Source: Rhizobiaceae bacterium (GTDB lineage: Bacteria; Pseudomonadota; Alphaproteobacteria; Rhizobiales; Rhizobiaceae). From it: a stretch of DNA of 64,000 bases. The translations under genes and the position numbers were made by a program. Shown here one piece after another: positions 18,976 to 30,282 of the stretch. How positions within the stretch are numbered: position 1 is the first letter of the stretch; each line of letters begins with the position of its first letter. The stretch covers positions 86,271-150,270 of the forward strand of contig JAWKWH010000005.1 of the NCBI GenBank assembly GCA_041397625.1, read 5' to 3'. The notes beneath the pieces were generated by a model, which had not been told where the DNA came from, ran no database searches, and was given only the letters and a program-made list of their open reading frames with translations.

Positions 18976-19902
18976 ATGGATCAAGTCGGCTACAAGCGAC
19001 CGCCAAGATGGCACATCGGGGTGTTTCTGGCACCCGCGGTGGTCATCTACACCGCAATCATGATCCTGCCGTTGTTCGGCACGCTGCAACTTGCCCTCTT
19101 CAAGACGATCGAAAACCAGCAGGTCTTCGCCGGGCTTGAGAATTTCCGAACGCTGTTCGGCGACCCGCGCTGGGCCGAAAGCTTCTGGAACGCGCTCAGG
19201 AACAACACCTGGTTCTTCATCGTGCACATGCTGGTGCAGAACCCGATCGGCATCGTGCTGGCGGCATTGCTTTCGAGCCCCCGCCTGCGCATGGCCGTCT
19301 TTTATCGCACCGCGATCTTCATCCCGACAATCCTGTCCTTCGTCATCGTCGGCTTTGCCTGGAAACTGATCCTGAGCCCGCTCTGGGGTATTGCGCCCGG
19401 CCTGCTCGACGCCGTCGGCCTCAAGAGCCTCTATGCGCCCTGGCTCGGCAAGGAAGAATATGCGTTGACGACGCTCAGTCTGATTTCCGTTTGGCAGTTC
19501 GTCGGCATTCCGATGATGCTGATATACGCGGCGCTGCTGTCCATACCCGACGAGATACTGGAGGCAGCCGAATGCGACGGCGTTACCGGCATGGCGCAGT
19601 TCTGGAAAATCAAGCTACCGTTGATCCTGCCCTCGATCGGTATCATCTCGGTGTTGACGTTCGTCGGCAATTTCAACGCCTTCGACCTGATCTACGCTTC
19701 GCAAGGCGCGTTGGCGGGACCCGACTTCGCCACCGACGTGCTTGGTACATTCCTTTACCGCACCTTCTTCGGCTTCCAGCTCCAACTGGGCGATCCCAAC
19801 ATGGGCTCGGCGATTGCCACGGCCATGTTCCTGATCATCCTGGCAGGCGTGTGCGTCTATCTGTTCGGCATTCAGACGCGGCTTCGCCGCTACCAGTTCT
19901 AG
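18976..19902 (+). CDS. Sugar ABC transporter permease
   Basis: Real start ATG 18976 (GGAGGGAGAGAAGG upstream) inside the artefactually long ORF 18337..19902. MalF/UgpA-type permease with EAA loop (LEAAECDGVTGMAQFW). Confidence 0.88.
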   Translation: MDQVGYKRPPRWHIGVFLAPAVVIYTAIMILPLFGTLQLALFKTIENQQVFAGLENFRTLFGDPRWAESFWNALRNNTWFFIVHMLVQNPIGIVLAALLSSPRLRMAVFYRTAIFIPTILSFVIVGFAWKLILSPLWGIAPGLLDAVGLKSLYAPWLGKEEYALTTLSLISVWQFVGIPMMLIYAALLSIPDEILEAAECDGVTGMAQFWKIKLPLILPSIGIISVLTFVGNFNAFDLIYASQGALAGPDFATDVLGTFLYRTFFGFQLQLGDPNMGSAIATAMFLIILAGVCVYLFGIQTRLRRYQF

Positions 19903-19912
19903 GAGCGGAGCG

Positions 19913-20755
19913 ATGATGAATTCAGCACGCCACTCTGTCGGACGATCCATTGCCGCCCATGCGGTACTGGCGACCTACACGATTATCGCCCTGTTTCCGG
20001 TCTTCGTGATCATCATCAACTCGTTCAAGGCACGAAAGGCGATCTTCCGCTCGCCCCTTCAACTGCCCGACGCCGAGAGCTTCAGCCTGATCGGCTACCA
20101 GACCGTTCTGAAGCAGGGGGATTTCTTCCTCTATTTCCAGAACAGTCTGATCGTCACCGTCGTCTCGCTGGCGCTGGTGCTGCTGTTCGGTGCCATGGCA
20201 GCATTCGCCCTGTCGGAGTACCGCTTCCGCGGCAATTCGCTGATGGGCCTCTATCTCGCGCTCGGCATCATGATCCCGATCCGCCTCGGCACGGTCGCCA
20301 TTCTGCAGCTGATGGTGGCAAGCGGTCTGGTCAATACGCTGACGGCGCTGATCCTCGTCTACACCGCGCAGGGCCTGCCGCTTGCCATCTTCATCCTGTC
20401 GGAGTTCATGCGCGGCATTTCGGATGACCTGAAGAACGCCGGCCGGATCGACGGGCTCAGCGAATACCGTATTTTCTTCCGCCTTGTCCTGCCACTGGTA
20501 CGGCCGGCCATGGCGACGGTCGCCGTGTTCACCATGATCCCGATATGGAACGATCTGTGGTTCCCGCTGATCCTGGCGCCAGCCGAGCATACCAAGACCA
20601 TCACGCTCGGCGCCCAGGTCTTCATCGGCCAGTTCGTCACCAACTGGAACGCCGTACTCTCGGCGCTGTCGTTGGCGATCCTGCCCGTGCTTGTCCTCTA
20701 TCTGATCTTCTCGCGTCAATTGATCCGCGGCATCACCGCCGGAGCGGTCAAGTGA
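19913..20755 (+). CDS. Sugar ABC transporter permease
   Basis: MalG/UgpE-type permease with an EAA-like loop (LKNAGRIDGLSEYRIFF). Confidence 0.88.
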   Translation: MMNSARHSVGRSIAAHAVLATYTIIALFPVFVIIINSFKARKAIFRSPLQLPDAESFSLIGYQTVLKQGDFFLYFQNSLIVTVVSLALVLLFGAMAAFALSEYRFRGNSLMGLYLALGIMIPIRLGTVAILQLMVASGLVNTLTALILVYTAQGLPLAIFILSEFMRGISDDLKNAGRIDGLSEYRIFFRLVLPLVRPAMATVAVFTMIPIWNDLWFPLILAPAEHTKTITLGAQVFIGQFVTNWNAVLSALSLAILPVLVLYLIFSRQLIRGITAGAVK

Positions 20756-20856
20756 GCGAACGGAAAGCACAAGCACACCGTTGCGAATAGATACTCATGC
20801 GGCGCGCCGCCGGCGCCCGCCCTGCCAACACACTCTAACTCAGGGGGAATCGACCG

Positions 20857-21861
<1,005 letters not shown>

Positions 21862-21975
21862 CGGCACGCGGCCGCCGGCCAGGGCTGATATCGAAATAGT
21901 TACCCGCCTCCATTGGCACTTTGCGCTATTGTGACCCACATTAGCCGCAGCAAGACGGAGCGCGAGGAAACGACC

Positions 21976-22419
21976 ATGCGATACAGGAAGACGGACGAGG
22001 CGGTTGCCCGTCTGACGCCCGAACAATTCCGGGTCACGCAGAACAGCGGCACCGAACGCCCTTACACCGGCGAGTACGACAAGCATTTCGAGCCGGGTAT
22101 CTATGTTGACGTCGTCTCGGGCGAGCCGCTGTTCGCTTCTTCTGCCAAGTTCAACTCGGGCTGCGGATGGCCGGCTTTTTCCAAGCCGATCAACCAGGCA
22201 AATATCAACGAACTGCGTGATACGTCGCACGGCATGATCCGCATAGAGGTGCGATCGACCCATGGCGACAGCCATTTGGGTCACGTGTTCAATGACGGTC
22301 CGCGGGAACAGGGCGGCCTTCGCTATTGCATCAATTCCGCCGCGCTGCGTTTCATTGCGAAGGATGAGATGGAAGCCGAAGGTTATGGCGCCTATATCGA
22401 CCAGGTGGAGGACGGATAA
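21976..22419 (+). CDS. msrB: Peptide-methionine (R)-S-oxide reductase
   Basis: ORF trimmed to ATG 21976. SelR domain with catalytic RYCINSAAL. Confidence 0.9.
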   Translation: MRYRKTDEAVARLTPEQFRVTQNSGTERPYTGEYDKHFEPGIYVDVVSGEPLFASSAKFNSGCGWPAFSKPINQANINELRDTSHGMIRIEVRSTHGDSHLGHVFNDGPREQGGLRYCINSAALRFIAKDEMEAEGYGAYIDQVEDG

Positions 22420-22928
22420 TGACCGAACAACGTGCTGTTTTGGCAGGCGGCTGCTTCTGGGGCATGCAGGACCTGATCCGCAAACTGCCGGGGGTCTCCC
22501 GAACCAGGGTTGGTTACACCGGTGGCGATGTGCCCAACGCAACCTATCGAAACCACGGCACCCACGCCGAGGGTATCGAGATATGGTTCGACGGCGAAAA
22601 GACGAGCTACCGCGAACTGCTCGAGTTCTTCTTCCAGATTCATGATCCGACCACCAGGAACCGGCAGGGCAACGATCTCGGGATGAGCTACCGGTCGGCA
22701 ATCTATTATGTCGACGAGGAGCAGAAGCGCACGGCCGAGGACACGATCGCCGACGTGGATGCTTCAGGCTTGTGGCCGGGCAAGGTCGTCACCGAGCTGG
22801 AGCCCGTCGGGGAGTTCTGGGAGGCCGAACCGGAGCACCAAGACTATCTTGAGCGCTACCCCAACGGGTATACCTGCCATTTCCCGAGGTCCGACTGGGT
22901 TCTGCCCAGACGGCAGGCTGCCGAATAG
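22419..22928 (+). CDS. msrA: Peptide-methionine (S)-S-oxide reductase
   Basis: TAATG overlap with msrB. GGCFWG active-site motif. Confidence 0.92.
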   Translation: MTEQRAVLAGGCFWGMQDLIRKLPGVSRTRVGYTGGDVPNATYRNHGTHAEGIEIWFDGEKTSYRELLEFFFQIHDPTTRNRQGNDLGMSYRSAIYYVDEEQKRTAEDTIADVDASGLWPGKVVTELEPVGEFWEAEPEHQDYLERYPNGYTCHFPRSDWVLPRRQAAE

Positions 22929-22969
22929 GGGTATCTCCAACTCAGCATCGCGCCGACCGACAGGTTCAC

Positions 22970-24445
22970 ATGCACCCACCTTCCTTCAATTTCGACAACA
23001 GCTACGCCCGCGAACTGGAAGGTTTCTATGTACCTTGGGAAGGGGCCCGAGTGCCGGCGCCGCGCATGTTGCGCCTCAACCGGGCGCTGGCCAGGGAACT
23101 GGGGCTCGACCCCGATGCGCTCGATACCGAGGCCGGCGCTGCAATGCTCGCCGGCATGAGCCGTCCAGAAGGCGCCGAGCCGCTGGCAATGGCCTATGCC
23201 GGGCACCAGTTCGGCGGCTTCTCGCCACAACTCGGCGACGGACGGGCGCTGCTCGTCGGCGAGGTGATCGACAGGGACGGCAGGCGCCGCGACATCCATC
23301 TGAAAGGCTCCGGCCGAACGCCGTTTTCGCGCGGCGGCGACGGCAAGGCGGTTCTGGGTCCGGTGTTGCGCGAATACGTGATCGGTGAGGCGATGCATGC
23401 GCTCGGCATCCCGACCACGCGGGCGCTTGCCGCCGTCACCACCGGCGAGGAGGTTATCCGCGACGGCTACAAGCCGGGCGCGGTCCTGGCTCGCGTGGCC
23501 AGTTCGCACCTGCGTGTCGGCACATTCCAGTTCTTCGCCGCCCGCGGGGAAACCGAGCGGGTCCGTCGCCTGGCAGACTACGCCATCGGCCGCCACTTTC
23601 CCGACCTGGCGGATAGGGATACGCGTTATCTGGGCCTGCTCGCCCGCGTACGCGATACCCAGGCGGCATTGGTGGCGCGCTGGGTGCTGGTCGGTTTCGT
23701 CCACGGCGTCATGAATACCGACAACATGGCGATTTCCGGCGAAACGATCGACTACGGACCCTGCGCCTTCATCGACAGCTACGATCCGAAGGCCGTGTTT
23801 TCTTCCATTGACCAGTTCGGACGCTATGCCTACGGCAACCAGCCGACGGTGGCGCAGTGGAACCTTGCCCGTTTCGCCGAGACGCTGCTTGATCTCATCA
23901 ATCCGGACGACGGCGAAGATGCGGTTCGCCAGGCCACCGACGAGATCAACCGGTTCCCCGAAACCTATCAGGCCGAGTGGTTGAAGGGCATGCGCGCCAA
24001 GCTTGGCCTGTTGACGGAACAGCCGGACGATAACGACCTCGCCAACGCACTTTTCGCCGCGATGGAGGGAAAGGGCGTCGACTTCACCCTTTTCTTCCGC
24101 AGGCTTTCCGACCTGGTTCGCGGCAACCCGGCACCGGAGCGATCACTGTTTGCCGATCCGGCGGCGCTCGACGGCTGGCTTGAGCGCTACGAGCGCCGCC
24201 TGGCGGACGAAGACGTGCCCGCCGACGCGCGGGCCGGTGCGATGGACAGGATCAATCCGCTCCATATACCGCGCAATCACAAGGTGGAGGAAGCGCTGGA
24301 GGCGGCACTTGCCGGCGACATGGCGCCCTTCGACCGCCTTCTTCAGGCCGTGACCGCACCTTTCGAGGAGCGCGCCGGCCTTGAATCCTATGCCGAGCCC
24401 GCTCCGAAGGATTTCGGACCGTATACGACCTTCTGCGGGACATAG
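22970..24445 (+). CDS. selO: Protein adenylyltransferase SelO (YdiU family)
   Basis: Full-length SelO/YdiU pseudokinase fold (QLGDGRA, LKGSGRTPFSR, HGVMNTDNM). Confidence 0.9.
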   Translation: MHPPSFNFDNSYARELEGFYVPWEGARVPAPRMLRLNRALARELGLDPDALDTEAGAAMLAGMSRPEGAEPLAMAYAGHQFGGFSPQLGDGRALLVGEVIDRDGRRRDIHLKGSGRTPFSRGGDGKAVLGPVLREYVIGEAMHALGIPTTRALAAVTTGEEVIRDGYKPGAVLARVASSHLRVGTFQFFAARGETERVRRLADYAIGRHFPDLADRDTRYLGLLARVRDTQAALVARWVLVGFVHGVMNTDNMAISGETIDYGPCAFIDSYDPKAVFSSIDQFGRYAYGNQPTVAQWNLARFAETLLDLINPDDGEDAVRQATDEINRFPETYQAEWLKGMRAKLGLLTEQPDDNDLANALFAAMEGKGVDFTLFFRRLSDLVRGNPAPERSLFADPAALDGWLERYERRLADEDVPADARAGAMDRINPLHIPRNHKVEEALEAALAGDMAPFDRLLQAVTAPFEERAGLESYAEPAPKDFGPYTTFCGT

Positions 24446-24524
24446 CCGATCATCACCGCCAAGGTTGCCGCCATCATGACCATCATCAACTTCCGCAATT
24501 TCGCCGGCCGAACGGATGGGCGGC

Positions 24525-25096
24525 TCAGCGGCGGGGTACATAGTTGGTGACGAAGTCGACGACCTTTTCCTCCGATAGCTCGCTTGGTCTTAGAGCGGTT
24601 CATCTTTAGATGGCAGCGGTTTGATGGCAGGGATTTTTCGTACCGGCAAGGAGAATACCGCAGCATGATGTGATCATCATGCGAGGATTTCGACACAGCC
24701 GGCGCGGAAAAGGCCGCCAAGTCAGGAGAAGTCAAGGCGTTGAATTCACATTGCAAACCGCAATCGTTTCAACTTGGTCTTGTCGCGCCCCGGCGGTATC
24801 GTGGACGGCTCACGGTATTCATACCGCATCGCCTTTCGTGCCTCACCGGGACACGAAATACCGGCGTTCAAACGATTCCGGCTAAAGATGAACCGCTCTA
24901 GGATGGCCTTACCACCGTTCGGCAGATAGAGGTTGAAACTGACATGGTCGTTGCTGCCCAGTTCCTCGGCGTAAAGGGTCATGCGCCTGCCGTCCTCCGA
25001 GACGGTGAGCGTGGTGCCGTATCTGCGGCCGTCATAAGGCCCCGTGCTGTAACCGGCCGGAAGGAGGCACGGTTTCGGCAGGATCGTTTCCAACAT
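24525..25096 (-). pseudogene. Small conserved hypothetical gene (87 aa when restored) interrupted by a MITE
   Basis: 5' part 24901-25096 (…VSFNLYLPNGGKAI) and 3' part 24525-24590 (RPSELSEEKVVDFVTNYVPRR*) join in frame if the element and one TA copy are removed. Confidence 0.75.
24593..24898. mobile_element. 306-bp non-autonomous MITE (IS630/Tc1-mariner-like, TA target duplication)
   Basis: Perfect 17-bp inverted repeats GAGCGGTTCATCTTTAG (24593-24609) and CTAAAGATGAACCGCTC (24882-24898), flanked by TA at 24591-24592 and 24899-24900. No transposase ORF. Confidence 0.8.
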
Positions 25097-25167
25097 GTCC
25101 TCCGTCGGTTGGGCGACATTGTCCGGCGAGGATCGCGCGGCGGAACGACATTCGCAAGCGCCCCGAC

Positions 25168-26382
25168 ATGCTGACCTCTTCCCTGATCCTTATCGTCCTG
25201 ATGGCCTTCTTCGCCTACTCGCTATTCAGCGCCGGCATTGCCCGCACTGTCCTGACGTTGCCGATCCTGTTCGTGGCTTTCGGCTATATGATGTCCGAAC
25301 CGCTCGGCAACGCCGCCGATCCCGCATTGCTGCACGAGGGCAAGCGCCTGCTCGCCGAGGTCACCTTGATCCTCGTGCTGTTTTCTGACGCCAGCCACGT
25401 GCGGTTCATGCGCATACGCAGGACCTGGCAGATACCCGCCCGCATGCTGGTTATCGGCATGCCGCTCACGATCGCCCTCGGCACGGCGGCCGCCTATTGG
25501 CTCAACCCTGAATCCGGCCTTGCCATGGCGCTTCTGACCGCCTCCGTACTGACGCCGACCGACGCGGCACTCGGCCAGCCGGTGGTTTCAAACCCGGAAG
25601 TGCCCTCGCGACTCAGCCAGTCGATCAACGTGGAAAGCGGGCTCAACGACGGCCTCGCCCTGCCCTTCGTTCTGCTCGGCGCCATCCTGGCGTCGGCCGG
25701 CGCGGGCCGGGCGGAAACCGACGGTCTGGCGGTCTCCGCAATCATGCAGATCGTTCTCGGGCCCCTCGCCGGTATCGTCGTCGGTTGGGGAGCGGCGCGC
25801 ACCATGGACTGGGCGCAGAACCGAAATCTGACGGCGGAGGCCGCCGGCGGCATCGTTTTCCTCAGCACCGCGTTCGCCGCCTACATCCTGTCGACCGCCA
25901 TCGGCGGCAACGGGTTCATAGCCGCTTTCGTGGCGGGCATGGTTTTCGGCAACACCTACCGTCATGACATCCATTTCGTCTCGGAGTTCATGGAAGGCGT
26001 CGGCCAGCTGCTTACCATGGCATCCTTCCTGGTCTTCGGCGCCTTCCTGCTTCCCGACGGGATCGCCCATGTCACGCCCCGCACCGTGATCCTCGCGCTC
26101 CTGTTCCTGACCGTTGTGCGCATGGCGCCGATCTTCCTGTCGCTCGCAGGCTCCGGCCTGCCACCCATCGAGAAGCTGTTTCTCGGCTGGTTCGGTCCAC
26201 GCGGCCTCGCCTCGGTGCTGTTCACCCTGATCATGATGGATGAGTTCGAACTCCCTAACGAGCAGGAACTGCTCTCTTGCGTGTCGATGACCGTCGCCCT
26301 GTCCGTCCTTGTGCATGGCTTGTCGGCTACGCCGCTCGCCCGCCGCATCGGCCGTTCGACAGGTCGGGATCGGGCAGGATAG
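25168..26382 (+). CDS. Cation:proton (Na+/H+) antiporter, CPA1 family
   Basis: About 12 TM segments. Sodium/hydrogen exchanger family motifs (LTPTDAALG, WFGPRGLASV). Confidence 0.85.
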   Translation: MLTSSLILIVLMAFFAYSLFSAGIARTVLTLPILFVAFGYMMSEPLGNAADPALLHEGKRLLAEVTLILVLFSDASHVRFMRIRRTWQIPARMLVIGMPLTIALGTAAAYWLNPESGLAMALLTASVLTPTDAALGQPVVSNPEVPSRLSQSINVESGLNDGLALPFVLLGAILASAGAGRAETDGLAVSAIMQIVLGPLAGIVVGWGAARTMDWAQNRNLTAEAAGGIVFLSTAFAAYILSTAIGGNGFIAAFVAGMVFGNTYRHDIHFVSEFMEGVGQLLTMASFLVFGAFLLPDGIAHVTPRTVILALLFLTVVRMAPIFLSLAGSGLPPIEKLFLGWFGPRGLASVLFTLIMMDEFELPNEQELLSCVSMTVALSVLVHGLSATPLARRIGRSTGRDRAG

Positions 26383-26552
26383 CGCCGGATCGACTTATTC
26401 GCGGTAGCGATCGTAACTGGATCCGCCTTGGATCGGGGTCCGGCGCGGCTTTCCGCACGCACGGCACGTGACCCACAACCGGCATGTGGGATAGCGCCGA
26501 CAACCGTCGCCGGCATCGGTAATTAACTCATTGCTTACATATGCTTAGCAAG

Positions 26553-26564
26553 ATTGTTGACAAT
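26553..26564 (+). promoter_or_regulatory. Operator O1 ATTGTTGACAAT (candidate site of the GntR/FCD regulator at 38767-39558)
   Basis: Perfect copy of a 12-bp palindrome also found at 33900, 39570 and 39606. Intergenic, 233 nt upstream of the ABC substrate-binding-protein gene. Confidence 0.7.
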
Positions 26565-26602
26565 CCGCTTGCCATTTGGGGCGGATTGGTGTAGGTTCCA
26601 AA

Positions 26603-26615
26603 TTGAGTAGAAGCG
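26603..26615 (+). promoter_or_regulatory. Conserved leader block TTGAGTAGAAGCG
   Basis: Identical 13-mer occurs on the minus strand at 33862-33874, in both cases downstream of the operator. Function unknown (promoter element or leader RNA). Confidence 0.35.
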
Positions 26616-26797
26616 AACTTAGCGCTGACGGCGCTCTGGTAATTGCTCTCCGTTGTCCTGAGAACCGGGAGAGAGGGGACAATGCTTCGCTCACCAAACC
26701 CAAAACATATGTCATTCGTCGGCATGGGCTCGATCGCGAGCAGGTATGTGCGCCGCACTTATCCTGCGCTTTCGGCTGTGCCGGGAAATGGAGGAGA

Positions 26798-27784
26798 ATG
26801 ATGAAACGCTTGCTGACCGCGGCCGTCGCCGCGTTGACGATCACCGCGCCGGCTGCCGCTGCCGACCAGGTGAAATTCCAGCTCGACTGGCTGCCGGGTG
26901 GCGAGAAGGCGCCCATCTTCGTTTGCATGGAACGCGGTTTCTGCGCCGACGCCGGCCTTGAAGTGACGATTGAATCGGGCCGTGGTTCATCGGAAGCGCT
27001 GACCAAGCTGGCGACCGGCATTTCCGATATCGGCATTTCGGGCATCGGCGCGCTGATGGCCGCCCGCGCCACCGAAAACATCGCGGTAACCGCTGTGATG
27101 TCCGTCTTCAACAAGGGCCCGCACGCCTTCTTCACCATCGAGGGCAACGGAATTTCCAAGTTCGCGGACGTGGGCGGCCGCAGCATCGCCACTTCGCCGT
27201 TCACCTCGTCCAACATCTACCTGCCGCTGGTGCTGGCCGACAACGGCTTGTCGGAAGACAGCATCAAGGTCACCAAGGCCGATCCCGGCGCTCTCGGGCC
27301 GATGCTGGTAACCGGGCAGGTCGACGCGATCATCGCGTGGGTTACCGACGTGTCGCGCTACACCGGCCAGGCCACCGAGGCCGGCAAGGAACTGATCGTG
27401 CTGCCGTGGTCGGAAGCCGGTCTCGACATGTATTCGACGTCCGTCGTTGCCTCCGACAAGTTCCTGACCGAGCGCCCCGACGTGGCTCGCCGCTTCGTGG
27501 CCGCGTTCATGAAATCGATCGAATACTGCCGCGAGAACCCCGATGACGCCGCTCAGGCGGTGGTCGACGCGGTGCCGGAAATCGACGCCAAGAGTGCGCG
27601 CGGATCGCTTGCCGACGCGTTGGTGTTGATGTTCAACGAAGTGACGGAGCAATATCCGCTAGGTAGCTTCGATCCGGAGCGGCTGGCCGCCACCTGGAAG
27701 CGCGTCGCCGCCGCCCAGGAGCTCGACGAGAGCGCCGTCAACCCGGAAGACGTCGTCGATCGCAGCTTCATGCCGGGATCCTGA
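26798..27784 (+). CDS. ABC transporter substrate-binding protein, NMT1/THI5-like (nitrate/sulfonate/pyrimidine-type fold)
   Basis: ORF 26576..27784 trimmed to ATG 26798 (GGAGGAG upstream). Signal peptide [25 protein letters not shown]1/THI5-like fold ([14 protein letters not shown]). Confidence 0.85.
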   Translation: MMKRLLTAAVAALTITAPAAAADQVKFQLDWLPGGEKAPIFVCMERGFCADAGLEVTIESGRGSSEALTKLATGISDIGISGIGALMAARATENIAVTAVMSVFNKGPHAFFTIEGNGISKFADVGGRSIATSPFTSSNIYLPLVLADNGLSEDSIKVTKADPGALGPMLVTGQVDAIIAWVTDVSRYTGQATEAGKELIVLPWSEAGLDMYSTSVVASDKFLTERPDVARRFVAAFMKSIEYCRENPDDAAQAVVDAVPEIDAKSARGSLADALVLMFNEVTEQYPLGSFDPERLAATWKRVAAAQELDESAVNPEDVVDRSFMPGS

Positions 27785-27786
27785 AC

Positions 27787-28578
27787 ATGACTGCCGCAAC
27801 CCGAAACCAGACCGCGATCAGATTTGCCGGCGCCGGCATCACTTTCGACACGGCGTCCGGTCCCCTGGTTGCGCTGAAGGACGTTGATCTTTCCATCGAC
27901 GATCATGAGTTCGTTGCGATCCTCGGACCATCGGGTTGTGGCAAGTCCACGCTGATGCGGCTCGTCGCCGGGCTCCTGAGACCCACCGAGGGCACCGTGG
28001 AGGTGAACGGCCAGAAAGTCGTCCAGCCGCGCGACAATATCGGCATCGTGTTCCAGAAGCCGACCTTGCTGCCGTGGGCAACGCTGGAAGACAACGTCGT
28101 TTTCCCGATGAAGCACAAATACGGCAAGGTAACCGCCAGGCAGCGCCAGCGCGCCCACGAACTGCTCGACATGGTCGGGCTGGCAAAGCTGGAGAAAAGG
28201 CGCCCCGGCCGTCTTTCAGGGGGCATGCAACAGCGCGTGGGCATTGCGCGCGCGCTGTTGCACGATCCGGACATCCTGCTCATGGACGAACCGTTTTCGG
28301 CGCTGGACGCGCTGACGCGCGAGGAAATGGGTTTCGAACTGCTGAACATATGGCAGGAGACGCGCAAGACCGTGATGTTCATCACCCACTCGATCGCCGA
28401 GGCAGTACTGCTGTCCGACCGGGTGATCGTCATGAGCCGCGGGCCGGGAGCGAAAGTTGCCGAGGATCTCAAGGTGCCGGCCGGTCGGCCGCGACACGGC
28501 GAATCCATGCGCTCTTCCGACATGCAGGACCTTACCGCCCATCTGCGTGACATCCTCATGAAAAAGGAGGCGGCTTGA
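27787..28578 (+). CDS. ABC transporter ATPase (NitT/TauT family)
   Basis: Walker [10 protein letters not shown], signature [14 protein letters not shown], Walker B ILLMDEP. Confidence 0.9.
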   Translation: MTAATRNQTAIRFAGAGITFDTASGPLVALKDVDLSIDDHEFVAILGPSGCGKSTLMRLVAGLLRPTEGTVEVNGQKVVQPRDNIGIVFQKPTLLPWATLEDNVVFPMKHKYGKVTARQRQRAHELLDMVGLAKLEKRRPGRLSGGMQQRVGIARALLHDPDILLMDEPFSALDALTREEMGFELLNIWQETRKTVMFITHSIAEAVLLSDRVIVMSRGPGAKVAEDLKVPAGRPRHGESMRSSDMQDLTAHLRDILMKKEAA

Positions 28579-29363
28579 CCATGGCCAGCGCTATCGATCG
28601 CATGAACCGGATCCCCGGCGGATTGCCGGCACTGACCTTCCTCATCATCCTCGTCATCTGGGAGGTCTCAACCAGGGTCCTCCAGATACCGTCCTTCCTG
28701 CTGCCCGCACCTTCGCGTATCGTCGAGGGTTTCGACGGTATAACCGTGGCGCGCTGGGCCGGCCATGTGTGGTCAACCTTCCGCGTGGCCATGACGGGCT
28801 ATCTGACGGCCATCGCGGTCTCGCTGCCGCTGGCGATCATGCTTACGCGTTACAAGACCGTGTCGAGCAGCATCTATCCGCTGCTGGTCGTCATCCAGTC
28901 GACACCGATCGTCGCGGTGGCGCCGATCATCGTCGTCACGCTCGGTTCGGGTGATCTGTCGCGGGTGCTGATCACCTTCCTGATTTCCTTCTTCCCGCTG
29001 GTCGTGTCGATGACCACCGGCCTGAAGGCAACGCCTGAAGAACTAATCGAGCTGTCGCACAGCCTCAGGGCGCCGCTGATCCGCGAGTTCACGCAGATCC
29101 GCATCCCCTTCGCCATTCCCTACATCTTCTCGGGCCTGAAAATCTCGGTGACGCTGTCGGTGATCGGCGCGGTGGTGGCGGAGTTCGTCGCCGCGGAAAA
29201 AGGCATCGGCTACTTCATCCAGTTCTCGACATCCCTGTTCAAGATCCCGCAGGCATGGGCAGGCCTCGCGATATTGGTGTTGATGTCGCTGACATTGTTC
29301 CAGCTCATTTCCTTCATCCAGCGCCGCTTCTTCCCCTGGTCGTTGCCGCGCGAAACGAAGTGA
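28575..29363 (+). CDS. ABC transporter permease (NitT/TauT family)
   Basis: Overlaps the ATPase stop (TTGA; start is TTG). Six-TM permease of the SsuC/TauC type. Confidence 0.88.
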   Translation: MTMASAIDRMNRIPGGLPALTFLIILVIWEVSTRVLQIPSFLLPAPSRIVEGFDGITVARWAGHVWSTFRVAMTGYLTAIAVSLPLAIMLTRYKTVSSSIYPLLVVIQSTPIVAVAPIIVVTLGSGDLSRVLITFLISFFPLVVSMTTGLKATPEELIELSHSLRAPLIREFTQIRIPFAIPYIFSGLKISVTLSVIGAVVAEFVAAEKGIGYFIQFSTSLFKIPQAWAGLAILVLMSLTLFQLISFIQRRFFPWSLPRETK

Positions 29364-29392
29364 ACGGCTTTGTTATAGCCGATGCATAGGAA

Positions 29393-29419
29393 ATCCTCAC
29401 CGCTAAAGCCGGTGAGGAT
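29393..29419 (+). terminator. 10-bp perfect stem-loop after the ABC operon (weak terminator candidate)
   Basis: ATCCTCACCG-ctaaagc-CGGTGAGGAT, 30 nt after the permease stop. No proper T-tract follows. Confidence 0.3.
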
Positions 29420-29688
29420 ATTCGCGTCAAAGATGGGGCGATCGCCGGGACCGGCTCCATCGAGCGCGCCGGGCGGGAAGGTGGTCGATACTTCCGGTGT
29501 GATGGTTACCCCGGTTTGGCCAATACCACCACCATCTTTCCGATGTTTCTCAAGGCGATGCCGGCGGGCATGGACAGGCCGCCTACACCACCACCGGATG
29601 CGGCCGGTTCCAATCTCCTGCTGACACGGGCTCGGCGTCGATATTCAGATAGTATCAATTCCGGGATTTGGTCGCCCGGCGGCGAAAC

Positions 29689-30276
29689 CTATTCGCTGCG
29701 CACGCCCTGCCAGCGATGCGCCAGCCCGACATCGAGGTCGAAGAGATCGAGCACGCGGCCGATCGTGTGGTCGACCATGTCGTCGAGGCTTTGCGGTTTT
29801 GCGTAGAAGGCGGGAACCGGCGGGTAGATGATGGCGCCGGCCTCGGTGACGGCGGTCATGTTGCGCAGATGGCCGAGATGTAATGGAGTTTCGCGCAACA
29901 AAAGCACCAGGCGCCGGCGTTCCTTCAGCGTCACATCGGCGGCGCGCGACAACAGGTTCGACGTGGTGCCGGTGGCGATCTCGGCCAGCGATTTGACCGA
30001 ACATGGCGCGACGATCATGCCGAGCGTCTTGTAGCTGCCCGAGGCGCAGGCCGCGCCGATATCCTTGTTGGAGTGGCTGACGGTGGCAAGCGCCTCCAGA
30101 TCCCTCAGCCCGAAATCGGTCTCCGCCGCCATCGTCACCCGTGCCGCATTGGAAACGACCAGATGCGTTTCGACGCCGATCTCGCGCAGCACTTCCAGCG
30201 TCCGCTTGCCATAGACGACACCGGACGCGCCGGAAATACCGACGATGATCCTTGGTTTCGCCTTGCTGTTGCTCAC
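29689..30276 (-). CDS. ubiX: Flavin prenyltransferase UbiX (prFMN synthase)
   Basis: Full-length UbiX/Pad1 family (IIVGISGASG, MIVAPCSVKSLAEIA). Confidence 0.92.
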   Translation of the reverse strand: MSNSKAKPRIIVGISGASGVVYGKRTLEVLREIGVETHLVVSNAARVTMAAETDFGLRDLEALATVSHSNKDIGAACASGSYKTLGMIVAPCSVKSLAEIATGTTSNLLSRAADVTLKERRRLVLLLRETPLHLGHLRNMTAVTEAGAIIYPPVPAFYAKPQSLDDMVDHTIGRVLDLFDLDVGLAHRWQGVRSE

Positions 30277-30282
30277 AATCGT

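Noticed and set aside
18337-19902. 521-aa ORF suggesting a fused binding-protein/permease
   Set aside because: The first ~210 codons are an out-of-frame read through the binding-protein gene. A proper RBS and ATG at 18976 give a normal 308-aa permease.
26620-26700. TPP riboswitch upstream of the NMT1/THI5-like binding protein (a CUGAGA is present at 26658-26663)
   Set aside because: CUGAGA sits in a hairpin loop. The flanking GGGGUGC/ACCC P2 pairing and the downstream CCUGAUCUGGAUAAUGCCAGCGUAGGGAA-type pyrophosphate arm are not recognisable. Left as an unspecified structured leader pending a covariance-model scan.
29382-29624. 80-aa ORF in the 325-bp convergent gap between the ABC permease and ubiX
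   Set aside because: Pro/Arg/Ser-rich with no RBS or motifs. Most likely non-coding spacer.
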